Shown here: in pieces, positions 16,513 through 33,129 of the stretch | How the letters are laid out: the number at the start of each line of letters is the position of its first letter | Position numbering within the stretch: the stretch's first letter is position 1 | Origin: the human T2T-CHM13v2.0 reference genome, Homo sapiens | Length of the DNA stretch: 64,000 nucleotides | NCBI RefSeq assembly: GCF_009914755.1 | Contig: NC_060928.1 | Strand: one strand, 5' to 3' | The notes under the pieces: generated by a model | The model's input: the letters and a program-made list of their open reading frames with translations, nothing else | Told to the model about the DNA's origin: nothing | Databases searched by the model: none | Translations under genes and position numbers: made by a program

Positions 16513-17029
16513 ACAAAATCAAATTTTTAAACATTCAGCTGTTTTTAAAGTAGCCCAAGCATGCAGATTTAGACCCATTAAGAGCATTTGCATGTTCCAC
16601 GGTACCTCACAGAGTAGGTATTACCCATTGGTAAGATAGAGTCTTGTATTTATGAGTCCCCAGGCTGATGCAGTCCTTCAGAGGCCTCTGACCTGCTGTT
16701 GAGCACTGTGCTGCTGAGTAACATCACCTAGACACATAACTCTGTCTTCTCTTCCCCTTTCCCCTGGGAATTCCCTCCCATATTCTCCTCCCCTTCTGGA
16801 AGGCAGCACCCACATTGGGAGCCTCTGGATTTTTTTATTCTTGGAGGTACTTCTCCTCTCATGCCACCCTGCCCAAGCACCACCCAAGAAATTTTGCTGT
16901 GTCTCATGGTCTTGTTTTTCCTTTATCAGTTCCCAAATTCATCAAAGTGACATCCCATCCAGTTCTAACTTTCAAGCAAAAGGAGGACCAATTCAGAAGG
17001 CAAGCCTTATGCTCAGAGGACATGCTCGC

Positions 17030-17893
17030 ATCGTAGGCCCAGAGGGCAGAGCATCAAACCACAAAGGATTATTCTCAGGCCTTAAAACATAAGGGGATTT
17101 GCTTGATTTTGCACTTGCTTGAATCTAGTATCTTCTTCATTTCTTCCAGATTCTTCCTTTGGGAATAGAAATGTCTAACCTATGCCTGTGCCACCATTAT
17201 ATCTTAGAAGCAGATAACTTCTTTGCAGATGGGGAAGAAATGTTCCTATGATGGATCATATCCAGGAAATGAATGACCCACACTGAATTTAGATGGTTTC
17301 AAAAATAAGATTCGAGATTTTTTGGGTTGATGATATTTAGATGAGATTTTGGATTTAGAGTTGATGCTGGAATTGGTTAAGATTTTTAGAAATTGTAGGA
17401 TGAGGTGAATGTATTTTGCATGTGGGAATAATATACATTTGGAAGGGTAGAGAGTGGATTGCAGTGGATTGAATGACATTCCTCCAAATTTCATGTCCAC
17501 CTAGAATATGGCCTTATTTGGAAATAGGTTTTTTGTAGATGTACTTAAGAGAAGGAGCAAAATGAGACCATAATGGATTAGGGTAGGTCCTAACTAAATC
17601 CATTAAGAGTATTCTTTTACAGAAAAGGACACATAGAAATATAAGGAAGAAAGCCATGTGAAGGCAGGGCAGAGATTGGAATTATGCTGCCACAAACCTA
17701 GATATGTCAGGAGCCACGAGGCTCTGGAGGAGGTGAGAGAGTCTTCTCCCCTAGATTTTTTAGAGGGAAGCCAGCCCTGCTAACACCTTTATTTCAGACT
17801 TGTGGCCTCTACACACTTGAGAGAATAAGTTCCTATTGTTTTCTGCCACCAAATTTGTGGTAATTTGTTACTACAGCTCTACGTGATTACCAC
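17030..17893 (+). mobile_element. MaLR: MLT1-int 3' part plus MLT1B/C-like LTR (17460-17893)
   Basis: MaLR internal motifs (CCTATGCCTGTGCCACCATT) and a purine tract, then TGCAGTGGATTGAATG...GTAATTTGTTAC...CA. Confidence 0.75.
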
Positions 17894-18109
17894 AGACCCC
17901 CAGAAGTGCTAGCTAAGGATTAGAAGAATCTCCAGTGAGTGAAGCAGAGAGGTGAGGAGCATTAATTACCATCTTGAGAACAGCTGCAGAAATGAAAATG
18001 GGAGTTTCTCCTATTTATCTTAGTCTCTCAGCTTTCCCAGAAAGAGCTCAACCAATATTCTGGGGAAGTACTTCTCACGATTCATTATTAAAGAAAATGG
18101 GTTTGAGCA

Positions 18110-18545
18110 CTACAAGAGGAAGACTAGATAATGCCCAGCCCAGATCTTCTATTGGTACTGAGATATTCATCTCTCCATCTGCTGGGAGTGCTGTTGAGAG
18201 CATGTTAAAAGCTGAGACCCCCTCTGAGAATTGTTGTGGTTGAAAAGCTCACCTAGCTAATGTCATTTTACCTTCCCCAGGGTGCAGTATGCATCTAATG
18301 ACAATTCTGTGTATTGTGTCACAGCTCTCATTTCTGCCTGAAGTTGAGACAATTCTGAAAAGCCACCTCAGGTCCAGAGCACTCCATAAGACAAGGTAAC
18401 AGCATTTCAGTAAAGCTCTTCCTTATGCCCAGTCTGCTTTCTTCACACCCTCTAACGTGTTCGTGCTGAGAGTACTGCCAAGTGTACTTTCACATGTTGA
18501 TCTCCATCTAGGTTTCTGCTTCCCAGGGAGTCCAAACTAACAGAA
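18110..18545 (+). mobile_element. LTR16-like ERVL LTR
   Basis: 3' end ATCTCCATCT...TCTGCTTCCCAGGGAGTCCAAACTAA resembles the LTR16 family. Confidence 0.55.
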
Positions 18546-19799
18546 AATTAAGTTTTAATTTTATTTTATTTTTGATAAATGGGCATTATTATTTTTTAAC
18601 CAAATACACGTAGAAACTGATAATCCACAATTTTAATACAGTTTCATAAAATTTTCATTATGTTGAAGTTTAATAAAAAGCAATTTATAGACATATTTAT
18701 AAGGTAAAATTATTTTTCCCATAGTGTCAAATTCTTAGCCTTTCAATTTTTTTTTAACTTCAATAGAGAATGTTACCCTTTTGGACATCCTACCATCCAA
18801 CTGCAGTCTTATTTCTAAAAGCCCATATGTTGTCCAACATTGGCCTTGGAAAACTTTTTTGGAGCTCTGGAGGTAATGTTTTCTTCTCAGTTGTGTATCC
18901 AAAGTTTCAAATATTCCAGGAGAGGTTCTCTAGTTTTGTGTGGGAGAAGTAGAAAAATAAACTCAGATATTTTCTTTCGGCATAATATTATGTATGCCTT
19001 CTCCCTGTGGCTTTTTTGTTTGTTTTTAAAATCACCACTGTCAATCTTTACGCCCTTGGAGGCTTTCATTCTTATGAATTTGTTAGACACACTCTCTTGA
19101 GTACTTTACAGAAAATAAATAACAGTGCCCTATATCAGTGCCATATCTACATTTAAGTGGTGAATTCATAGGTTTGTGTATTAAAATACAAATCAAAATA
19201 TAAAGACATATTTGGAATAAAGGTAGTATATTTCTGACATTATAAGAGTACAGTATTAAAATATATATTTGTAAAAGGATATGGTCTTTATTTTAAAAAG
19301 TTTATCATAAAGACATTATTCTCTAGGGAAATGCTGTGCTGTCTTTGGAGCACTCAATTGTGGGCGGAATTCCCCGAAGAGATTATCTGGATCACTGGAG
19401 CTTTAAAATGTAGGCTAATCCCCTGAAAGGATTATTGAGTCCCTAGAGTTTCTAAAATGATTTGGAATAAAGGATTTAGTGTAAATATTTTCTGAGTATC
19501 CACTGAAACAGTGATAATAATAACAATTTAACTTTCATAAAAAATAATTTCAGGTACAAATTCTGCATCAAAACCTTCAAATAAACAATTAAAACAATTA
19601 TACATGTGGTTTTAGATCTGAAGTTCATATCATAATTCAATGGTAGATAACTAAAGGATTCATAATTATCTCCATTTGGAACAAAGGGCAATGCATGTCA
19701 TTCTGGATATTAGAAGACCATTGCATATCCCTCATTCCAATCACAAATAGAAGTAAGAAGGTGATTGCTATTACGTCAATTTCCTCACAGAGACAAAAT

Positions 19800-20020
19800 G
19801 CATAAGTTATAGAATAGATGCACTTGCCTTGAGATCCAGTAACTACTCACTGAATATATAATTTGATCAAACTATTTTGTATCTTAAGATCTGTATTTAA
19901 GTGTGCATAATAGGGACAAGAGAATCTATTTTACACATTAAAGGTGATATCCTACGTAAAATGACTAGTACAATGCCTGGAACACTTGTAGATGTGGAAG
20001 CAATCCTATATTTTATTTGT
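19800..20020 (+). mobile_element. MIR fragment
   Basis: Degenerate core and tail (TAGTACAATGCCTGGAACAC). Confidence 0.45.
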
Positions 20021-22680
20021 TATCAGGTTATTACAAGGTATCTCACCAGCAACACAACCAAGATGTTGAAAGCCTTGATAATCTGCTATACTTACAAGAG
20101 TTATGCAAACGTTTAACTAAGAAAACATTTTAGAATAATTTATTTAAGTCTGTACCTACACTATTTCCAAGACAGAAATGTATTATTCAAAAGTAGAGTT
20201 TTGGTAAAAATCATTAAAAATGTCTTTACCATGGGAAGTAACTTTATAGCAGAGAACTGTAACAAACAAACAAACAGCTATAGAGAAAAGAGTGTAAAAT
20301 GATGACCTATTTGGGCTACATTTTTACTACATTTTTATTCAACAGGGAACCAGAGCAAGACATTTAAAAAATGCCTTTTAGCTGTGGAGCATGACAAACT
20401 GCTTCCCCCGTTTCCCAATCCGGTTTAATATACTGCATGTAGTTTAGGAAACAACAGGAGACAGTGAACACTGCTGACACCCATATTTGTTGTGAGCTTT
20501 TAAAATCTTACAAAGTTTATAGTGTATTCCAAATGAGTCATGATGTTTATAGACATCCCACTTTACATTAAAATCAACCTTAAAGGACTACAATTTTAAT
20601 TTGTGTTTATTTTCTAATTATTGATGCATGAATAAAACTACAGTGGTACCCATTTTCAACTAAAGATGCATAATACAACAAAATTTTCTTTTCCTCTATC
20701 AACTCTAACTGAATTAGGCAAGAGAAATAAAAACATATGCATATTATGAAAACGTGATCTTAGCAATTTCTCTGAAGTCAGGTGGAATGAATCTGCTAAA
20801 TGAAAGAATGTGAACCACAGCTGCTGCCGCCAAATTGTTCTATTTAGGAGAACATATCTGTTTAATCTTTCATGATGTATCATGACACAAAAAGCATCTT
20901 GACATGAACTAAACTTGACATTTGCCAAATTAATTTCTCATTTTCTCTTCAGAAACAAGAAAAGCTGTTAATTTGCAGCATATTCACAACATATACTAAC
21001 ATTTATGTAATTATGTAACATATGGCAAATGATAAAATGTTCTATGAGACATTGTATTCAAAATGATCACTAATTCAAGCAGGAGTTTACTCAATTCCAG
21101 CTAAGTGCCTATATGTGATTCCAGTAAAGTACTTGGTTTTGAATATATATGTTGTTGCTCTTATTCTTCGTCTAACTTTTTGTCAGAGAGGGAGGTTTGT
21201 TCAGTTTGTGTCATCAATGTTGACATAAAATTAATGTATTTTCATATTAAAACAAATTAAAAGTGAATAAGAAATAATATAATAATTGAAAATACTTTAA
21301 AGAATGTTTTTTCTTTTTTTTTTTTAAATTTGGAAGACATGTTAGTAGATAAGAAGGAGAAAATATAAATTCATGAAGCCAGCCCTCAAATTACACTCTG
21401 TTTGGGAACAGGGATAATTATGATGCAAAAGTGTATTAAATTGATATTGAATGAGAACGAAGTAAAACAGATATCTCTGCATAGGTTTTTTTTTCTTTTT
21501 TTCTTTTTTTTAGGAAGGCAGCATATTCAAATTGTAGTTTAATTCTCAACGTTATGTGTATTAAAGATCTAAAAGAAATAAGCATAAAGCAGATAAGCCA
21601 GTAAGAAAGCTATTTGGTGAGGTCAAGTGGAAGATGATAATGTATTCTGCCAATGTGACAGCAATAAAAATAGAAATAAATTTACAAAAAGGGAAGTTTT
21701 AGAAATAAATAATGAGTTAAGGCTTATATATGTTGATTTTCAGATACCTAAATTTCACTTTACAAATGAGTATAATTTATCGTGGCCACAAGAGACTCCG
21801 TCTTAAGTTAGTATGAATCTCAAAGGATAAACAACATGAGAGTCCTAAGTGTCTAGTGCAAGATTTAAGTCACTGAGCATAGGTGAGATCACTTCAGAAA
21901 AAAAAAGACACTCTCTTTTATACTGGGTGAATCATTTTTCATTAGCAGTGCAGCTGCTATCAGCTTGTAGCTCAATTTACATAGACGAATAGGCATTCTG
22001 AAACATTATTTTATTGGGAATTCGGTATGCTGATCTAGTTAAATAAAATAATTGCCTTTCTTTAAAGACATTGCTTCCAAGAGACTATACTTGAAAACCT
22101 CATATTGGAAAATGCAAGTTGGATTTCATGTACTTTATCTTACAAATTTGCTGCTGCTTAACAATATACAAGTTAGCTTGTCTTAAAATTATACAAAATA
22201 AGCATTATTTCAGTATATCAAAATATTTCAATCATTCTCTTTCTGATAGCACTTAATTAGGTTTTACCAGACCAAGCTTTATCTATAAAATAATTATAAA
22301 TTCTGATAAATATTTTGGAAAACAGCTATTTGTAGGCATTTCTTTTCAGAAACAAATGGGCAAATCTAGAGGTAAAAATACGATTAAAGAAGAGAACTAA
22401 AATTTATACTTAACGAGAATTTTTACTTGAGTACTTCCTAAACCATAGGTATCAGAGAGTTTTGGGAACTCAAGGAGAATACCATTTTTTTCTTCCTAAA
22501 TAGTAAAATATTAATAGTTTGGGATTACCGGAGCAACTGAAAGGTGAAGATGAAAATCACAGAAAGGAAGGACTTGCAAATGGAGAATCTGCAAATTTTC
22601 ATATAACTCTGCATAAATCCATGGATGACCTCATAAACTGCATTTACTGAAAGAATCCAGGGAGCTATTAATAGTAGAAA

Positions 22681-22683
<3 letters not shown>

Positions 22684-22712
<29 letters not shown>
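22684..22712. repeat. (GT)n microsatellite
   Basis: Direct reading. Confidence 0.9.
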
Positions 22713-22715
<3 letters not shown>

Positions 22716-22741
22716 TATAAATACACACACAATTCTATATA

Positions 22742-23094
22742 TCTATTAGTCTGTTTTTACGATCCTGATAAAGATGTACCTGAGATTCAGAAGAAAAGGA
22801 GGTTTAATTGGGCTTACAGTTCCACATGGCTGGGACGGCCTCCGAATCAAGGCAGGAGGCGAAAGGCACATCTTACATGGCAGTGGCAAGAGAAAATGAG
22901 GAAAAAGCTAAAGCAGAAACTCCTGATAAACCCATCAGATCTTGTGAGACTTATTTACTATCACAAGAATAGCACGGGAAAGATTGGCCCCCATGATTCA
23001 ATTGCCTCCCCATGGGTTCCTCCCTCAATACTTGGGAATTCTGGGAGATACAATTCAAGTTAAGGTTTGGACAGAGACACAGACAAACTACATC

Positions 23095-23095
<1 letters not shown>
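22742..23095 (-). mobile_element. THE1 (THE1C-like) solo LTR
   Basis: TATTAGTCTGTTTT...CAGTTCCACATGGCTGGG...CCCCCATGATTCAATT; about 350 bp. Confidence 0.88.
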
Positions 23096-23150
<55 letters not shown>

Positions 23151-23160
23151 CACACACACA
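23096..23160. repeat. (TA)n(CA)n microsatellite
   Basis: Direct reading. Confidence 0.95.
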
Positions 23161-23474
23161 TAATTCTCTTAGAAGAATAACAGAGAGAGAAGATGCAGAA
23201 AAAATGTATATAAAGAAATATTGACTGAATATTTCCCAAATTTGATTCTAAAATAATGTAATTTACAAGTCCAAGAATTTCAGGATGATCTAAACAGGAA
23301 TAAAAGACGCAAACAAACAAAAAGCACACCTAAGCTTATCATAGACAAACTGCTGAATACAAACAAAAAGTCATTAAAGAGTTTGTGGTATATATAAATA
23401 TATCACAAAGAGTTTATTGTGGTATATTAATATACATCACAAAGAGTTTAATGACTTTTGTGTGTCTTTTGTCT

Positions 23475-24179
23475 GATAGGTTCAGGGTGGGGCTGGTCAC
23501 CAGAAAGACCAAAGCAAGATTAGAAGGTTGGGACTTCCTGCTCCAACCACCACAACTGCCTGGGAGAGAGAGAGAGACTGAAGGTCACATTGATCACCAA
23601 TAGCCAGTGGTGTATTCTATGATGCCTATGTAATGAAACCTTTACAAAAACTCAAGAGGACAGGGTTCGGGAGCTTCTGAATAATTGGACATGTGGAGCT
23701 TTCTTGAGGGTGTTGCATCCAGGGAGGGCATGGAAGATCTGTACCCCCTCCCTCATTCATCATCCTATACATATCTTCATCTGTATCATTTGCAGTGTTC
23801 TTTACAATAAACCACTAAACATTAAGTGCTATCCTGAGTTCTGTGAACCACTCCAGCAAGTTAATTGAACCCAAAGACAAAGCCATTGGAATATCAACTT
23901 GAAGCTGGTCAGTCAGAATTTCTAGAAGCCCATACCTGCTACTGGTGTCCGAAGTGGGAAGCACAATGTTGGGTACTGAGTCCTCAATCTGTGGGATCTG
24001 TGACACTATCTACAGGTAAATAGTGTTGAAATTGAATTGGATGACACCCAGCTGATGCCCCTGTTCGGTGTGTGAGAAGGATCCCACACACATTTGGTCA
24101 CAGATGTCTTCTGTGTCAGTAATTGCTGGTGAGAGGTGAGGAAAAATGTGGTTTCAGATAGAGATGTTTTTCTGACACA
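23475..24179 (+). mobile_element. MER21 LTR lacking its 5' end
   Basis: TTCAGGGTGGGGCTGGTCACCAGAAAGACC...TCCTGAGTTCTGTGA... matches MER21B/C. Confidence 0.8.
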
Positions 24180-24397
24180 TTCTTGTATACTGACAGAAAG
24201 CAAAGAAAAAAAAATCATATTACCTTCAAGGGAATGACCACATTAATGAGGCTGACTTCTAATCAAAATAATGGAAGCTAGAAGGCAAAGGAATGAAATA
24301 TTTGAAGTACTGAATTAGGAAAAAAAAATCAACCCAGTATTGTATATCTAGTGAAATCATCCTTCAAAGATAAAAGTAAAATAAAAACATTGTCATA

Positions 24398-24574
24398 TGC
24401 CAGGTGGAGTGATGCATGCCTGTAATACCAGCTACTTGGGAGGCTGAAGCAGGAGCATCACTTGTGTACAGGAGTTCAAGTATGCCATGAGCTATGATTG
24501 TGCCAGTGAATAGCCACTATATTCCAGCTGGGGCAACATAGCAAGACCCTATCTCTTAAAAAACAAAAACAAAA
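24398..24574 (+). mobile_element. FAM (fossil Alu monomer)
   Basis: Monomer retaining the 7SL-like GTGAATAGCCACT segment; degenerate TSD AAAA(C)ATTGTCAT. Confidence 0.8.
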
Positions 24575-25889
24575 TTGTCATGTAATTCTTAACAGTAAGA
24601 ACTCATCACCAGCAAATTTGTATACTGTAAGATATGCCAAAGGAAGTTTTTTAGACTTTGGGAAAATAACATCAGAGAGAAACAGATCTTCAAGAAGGAA
24701 TGAGCAATAGACATGGAAAACTAAAAATCATTATACCATATCGTGATTTAAAAATATATGTAAAGGTAATGTACATGACATTAACTACACAAAAAATAGG
24801 GTAGTAAATGAAATTGTATTACTAAAAAGTTCTTAAATTTTTTGTGAGGTAGTAAAATATTAACTCTAGGCAAGCTGCATAGGTTAATGGTGAATATTAT
24901 AATATACCTAAATCAAGCACTGAAAATAAAGCAAATAGGAATAGGTTCAAGTTAAATAGAGTAATTAAAATGCAGTATCATTTTATTAACATAGAAGAAA
25001 AGAGGAAAGAGTAATTAGGAACTCGTACACTGTTTGGAACAAAATAATGAAAAAATGAAATACAAGTAGCAAAAATAGTAAATTTAAATCATTATATTAA
25101 TAATTATATTATATTTAAATGCATTAAACTTTCTAAATGAAAACATAGAACCCATGTTGGGAAAGGACAACTTCTCTGTTCTTCTTAGTGTATACTTTAT
25201 GTCAGTTCTTATTATTGATCAAAGGATCTTTCCTTCTTACTCTTATGGCTGTACCATGCCATGCCAAACCATACTTGTTTAATGAATTTTAGCACTGAAG
25301 GCCACAAGGAGACTTTGTTTTAATATTGATCTTTGAATTTCATAGCTTATGGAAATTCCTCACACATTCATGGTCTTTTTCAATCTGAGAATGCTGGTTG
25401 TAGTAGGAGTTTTTACATTTTCCATTGTTATATTTTTATAAAGATTTTAATAAGAATTTGGAATTAATTGCAGTACAATTTTATGTATTTCATTTTCATT
25501 CAAATATTGCAGTATATTATTCTATTTATTATAATTTATATAATCAGCATATTTGTAGCTATTACAGACAAAGGATGGTTTACCAAATACTTTCCTAAGT
25601 TTTCTTACAATTATTTTAGAGTATGATTTTCTCTGAATTTAGATTGCAATAATCGGAATTTTATTAGAAAAAGTAAATTATTTAGCACCCATAGGTACTA
25701 TTAATATTAGTGTTACTTTCTGTTTATGTTACATAATTTTAATTTAACTTACAATTGTATGAAGAGGGAATAACCAGAGGTTTAGAAATTGACTGTTTAT
25801 TGATTCTACTTTTTCCCCTTAGTGTTTTACAAAGAATTGTAAAAATTTTTCTGTGCATCTGAAGCCAGATTGCATATCAATGTAGACAG

Positions 25890-26125
25890 GTTACAATAAT
25901 GGTGAGATACACATACTCTAAAACCAAAATGCTACTATCTAAATCTCAACTATACTATTTGCTGTTGTTAATGCAGGCAAATTACCAGTTTTTTTGCATT
26001 GGTACAAAATGATAAAACAATAGTACCTGTTTCATAAGATGAATTTAAGAATTAATTATGTTAACACACATGAAGCTCTTTGAAAATTAGGTGGCACAGA
26101 TTGAGTCATTTTTGTTTGCTAATAT
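25890..26125 (+). mobile_element. MIR fragment
   Basis: AATAGTACCT...CATAAG...AATTAATTATGTTAA core. Confidence 0.55.
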
Positions 26126-26139
26126 TATTAAAATATTAA

Positions 26140-26905
26140 TGTATTAGTCAGTGTTCTTCAGAGAAACAGAACTAATAAGATGTGAATATGTAGTTGGCCC
26201 TTGAATAACACAAGTTTGATATGAACAGGTCCACTTATATATGGATTTTTTTTCCAATAAATACATTTGTCTCTCTATATCCTTGCATTCACAAGGAAAC
26301 ATAAATAGAAAGAACAGTATTATTAATAGAAGAAACCCATGAATACAGAGGGCTGACTTTTCATATACAGGGGTTCCTCAGGACCTAATGCAAGACCAGA
26401 GTATGCATGGATTTTGGTATATAAGGGGGTCCTGGGACCAATCCTTCAATCCTTTGGATATAACAAAGGATAATTTTTCTGTGTGTGTGTGTGCACGCAC
26501 GTGCGTGTGTGTGTGTGTGTGTGGAGAGAGAGAGAGAGAGAGAGAGAGACTTATTTTAAGGAATTGGCTCTTACAAACATGGAGGCTAGTAAATCTAAAA
26601 TCAGAAGGATAGGACAACAGGCTGGAGACACAGGGAAGAACCAATGTTTCGGTTCAAGTTTAAAGGCAGTCAGCTGACAGAATTCTTTCTTGCTGAGGGG
26701 AGGTCAGGCTTTGTTTCAGTGAAGCCTCAACAAATCGGATGAAGCCCATTCGTGTTATGAAGGTAATCTGCTTTGCTCAAGGTCCACCTGACTTAAATGT
26801 TAATCTCATCCAAAAACTCCTTACTAGAATCATCAAGAATAATGTTTGACCAAATATCTGGACATTGTGGCCCAGCCCTGTTGACATATAAAATTAACTA
26901 TCACA
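26140..26905 (-). mobile_element. MLT2 (ERVL) LTR carrying MER2B and a (GT)n(GA)n microsatellite (26480-26549)
   Basis: TGTATTAGTCAGTGTTCTTCAGAGAAACAGAAC...TTGACATATAAAATTAACTATCACA termini. Confidence 0.85.
26191..26475. mobile_element. MER2B-like Tigger-derived MITE
   Basis: AGTTGGCCCTTGAATAACAC TIR and GGATTTTGGTAT...GGGGTCCTGGGACCAATCC. Confidence 0.75.
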
Positions 26906-27204
26906 ATTATCACAATTAATAACATAGCATTCCCTTACATGAAATAATTCTCCTGACAAAGAAACAATCTCCATCTTTTGCATTTTATCCTCTAAATATA
27001 AAGAAGCACTTGATGCATTTAATTATTTTACTAATAGAGATATATAAGGAGTAAAATTTCTTTATTTCATTACACTTAAGTTTGGCCTTTCAATTACTTC
27101 ACTCCTCAGAATTATTTTGTATCTTATTAATAATTTTTTTTCCACACTATCATGAAATAAAAATATAAATTATACTTCACAATATGGGTAGCAGACTGAA
27201 TATA

Positions 27205-27702
27205 GAGTTAAAACTTCAACAACACTGGGATGAGGTGTGTTGACCTACTCTGTCACAGTTGAAAAATCTATGTATAACTTTTGTCTCCCCCAAATTGTAA
27301 TAACTCATAGCCTCCTGCTGACCTTATGGATAACTTAAACAGTCCATTAACGCATGTTTTATAGGTTATGTATACTGTACACTGTATTCTTACAATTGAG
27401 TAAGAAAAATAAAAGAAAATGTTATTGAGAACATCATAATGAAGATAAGATATGTTTATTATTTATTAAGTGGAAGTGGGTCATTGGAAAGGTTTTCATT
27501 CTCATAGTCTCTACACTGATTAGGCTGAGGAGAGTCAAGAGGAGAAGGTTGTCCTGCTGCTTCAGGGGTGGCAGAAGCAAAAGAGGTGAAGGAGGAAGCA
27601 GGAGAGGCAGTCACACTCAACTCACTGTAACTTTTATTGAAAAATAATCTACATGTAAGTGGACCTGCTCAGTTCAAACCCATGTTGTTTAAGGGCCAAA
27701 TG
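27205..27702. mobile_element. Tigger2a-like DNA transposon
   Basis: Degenerate TIRs (GAGTTAAAACTTCAACAACAC / CATGTTGTTTAAGGGCCAAATG) with TA flanks. Confidence 0.8.
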
Positions 27703-27753
27703 TATTTGCCAAATATAAGGTGATTCCAGACATAATTATTTTATTGTTAAAAC

Positions 27754-28163
27754 TGTGAAAGGAAAATATCTTGTGCCCCCAAAGTCACTAAAGAAAACTC
27801 AAACTGGCAACTGCTTAGGGCAAACCTGCCTGCCATTAGATTCAAAGTCACCCCTCTGCCCACTGAGATAGATGAACATCTGGTTTGCCTCCTTTGGAAA
27901 GGCTAATCAGAAACTCCAAAGAATGTAACCATTTGTGTATCACCTATCTGTGCTTCTCTCCTAGCTTTGAGTCTTCCTATGTTTGCTTAAAGTTGTCCCA
28001 CCATTCCAGACCGAACCGATGTACTTCTTACATATATTGATTCATGACTCATGTCTCCCTAAAATGTATAAAACCAAGCAGTGCCCCAACCACCTTGGGC
28101 ACATGTCATCAGAACTTCCTGAGGCTGTGTCACGGAGTGACCTCAGTTTTGGCAAAATCAACT
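27754..28163 (+). mobile_element. MER4A1-like LTR, cut by L1 near its 3' end
   Basis: TGTGAAAGGAAAATATCTTG...GGCTAATCAGAAACTC...; stops at GGCAAAATCAACTTTC. Confidence 0.85.
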
Positions 28164-28384
28164 TTCTTTTTTTTATTATTATTATATTTTAAGTTTTAGG
28201 GTACATGTGCACAATGTGCAGGTTTGTTACATAAGTATAAATGTGCCATGTTGGTGTGCTGCACCCATTAACTCGTCATTTACATTAGGTATATCTCCTA
28301 ATGCTATCCCTCCTCCCTCTCCCCACCCCACAACAGGCCCTGGTGTGTGATGTTCCCCTTCCTGTGTCCCTGTGTTCTCATTGT

Positions 28385-31517
<3,133 letters not shown>

Positions 31518-32107
31518 TCAGGGCGCCTGCCATTGTTGAGGCTTGAGTAGGTAAAAAAGTGGCCAGGAAGCTGGAACTAGGTAGATCCCACCACAGCTCA
31601 AAGAGGCTTACCTGCCTCTGTAGACTCCACCTCTGGGGGCAGGCCATAGCCAAACAAAAGGCAGCAGAAACCTCTGCAGACTTAAATGTCCCTGTCTGAC
31701 AGCCTTAAAGACAGTAGTGGTTCTCCCAGCACGCAGCTTGAGATCTGAGAATGGAGAGACTGCCTCCTCAAGTGGGTCCCTGACCCCCAAGTAGCCTAAC
31801 TGGGAGACACCCCCCAGTAGGGGCAGACTGATACCTCACACGGCTGGGTACTCCTCTGAGACAAAACCTCCAGAGGAACGATCAGGCAGCAACATTTGCT
31901 GTTCACCAATATTCACTGTTCTGTAGCCTCCACTGCTGATACCCAGGCAAACGGGGTATGGAGCGGACCTGTGGCAAACTCCAACAGACCTGAAGCTGAG
32001 GGTCCTGACTGTTAGGAGGACAACTAACAAAGAGAAAGGACATCCATACCAAAACCCCATCTGTACATCACCATCATCGAACACCAAAGGTAGATAAATC
32101 CACAAAG

Positions 32108-33129
32108 GTGAGGAAAAACGAGAGAATAACTGAAAATTCTAAAACTCAGAGCACCTTTCCTCCTCCAAAGGAATGCAGCTCCTCACCAGAAATGGAACAA
32201 AGCTGGATGGAGAATGACTTTGATGAGTTGAGAGAAGAAGGCTTCAGAAGATCAAACTTCTCTGAGGTAAAGGAGGAAGTTCAAACCCATGGCAAACATG
32301 TTAAAAACTTTGAAAAAGATTAAACAAATGGCTAACTAGAATAAACAATGCAGAGATGTCCTTAAAGGACCTTATGGAGCTGAAAACCAAGGCACAAGAA
32401 CTATGTGACAAATGCACAAGCTTCAGTAGCTGATTCGATCAACTGGAAGAAAGGTTATCAGTGATGGAATATCAAATGAATGAAATGAAGTGAGAAAAGA
32501 AGTTTAGAGAAAAAAGAATAAGAGGAAATGAACAACGCCTCCAAGAAATATAGGACTATGTGAAAAGACCAAATCTACATCTGATTTGTGTATCTGAAAA
32601 TGATGAGAATGGAACTAAGTTAGAAAACACTCTGCAGGATATTATCCAGGAGAACTTCCCCAGTCTAGCAAGGCAGGCCAACATTCAAATTCAGGAAATA
32701 CAGAGAATGCCACAAAGATACTCCTCGAGAAGGGCAAATCCAAGACACATAATTGTCAGATTCACCACAGTTGAAATAAAGGAAAAAATGTTAAGGGCAG
32801 CCAGAGAGAAAGGTCGTGTTACCTACAAAGGGAAGCCCATCAGACTATCAGCTGATCTCTCAGCAGAAACTCTACAAGCCAGAAGAGAGTGGGGGCCAAT
32901 ATTCGACATTCTTAAAGAAAAGAATTTTCAACCCAGAATTTCATATCCACCCAAACTAAGCTTCATAAGTGAAGGAGAAATAAAATACTTTACAGACAAG
33001 CAAATGCTGAGAGATTTTGTCACCACCAGGCCTGCCCTAAAAGAGCCCCTGAAGGAAGCACTAAACATGGAAAGGAACAAACCAGTACCAGCTAACTGTA
33101 AAACCTGTACCAGCCACTGTAAAACATGA
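32108..33129 (+). pseudogene. L1 ORF1p remnant
   Basis: Start mutated to GTG, with stops and a frameshift; a 189-aa RRM/CTD segment is open (32560-33129). Confidence 0.92.

Larger units (their letters stand above)
23190..25170 (+). mobile_element. Ancient L1M ORF1/inter-ORF fragment, interrupted by MER21 and FAM
   Basis: ORF1-like segments (ATTTCCCAAATTTG; GCTGACTTCT...ATGGAAGCTAGAAGGCAA; ATCCTTCAAA). Confidence 0.65.

Noticed and set aside
24398-24574. 7SL-like RNA gene
   Set aside because: Lacks the S domain and has an A-tail and TSD, so it is a decayed FAM monomer.
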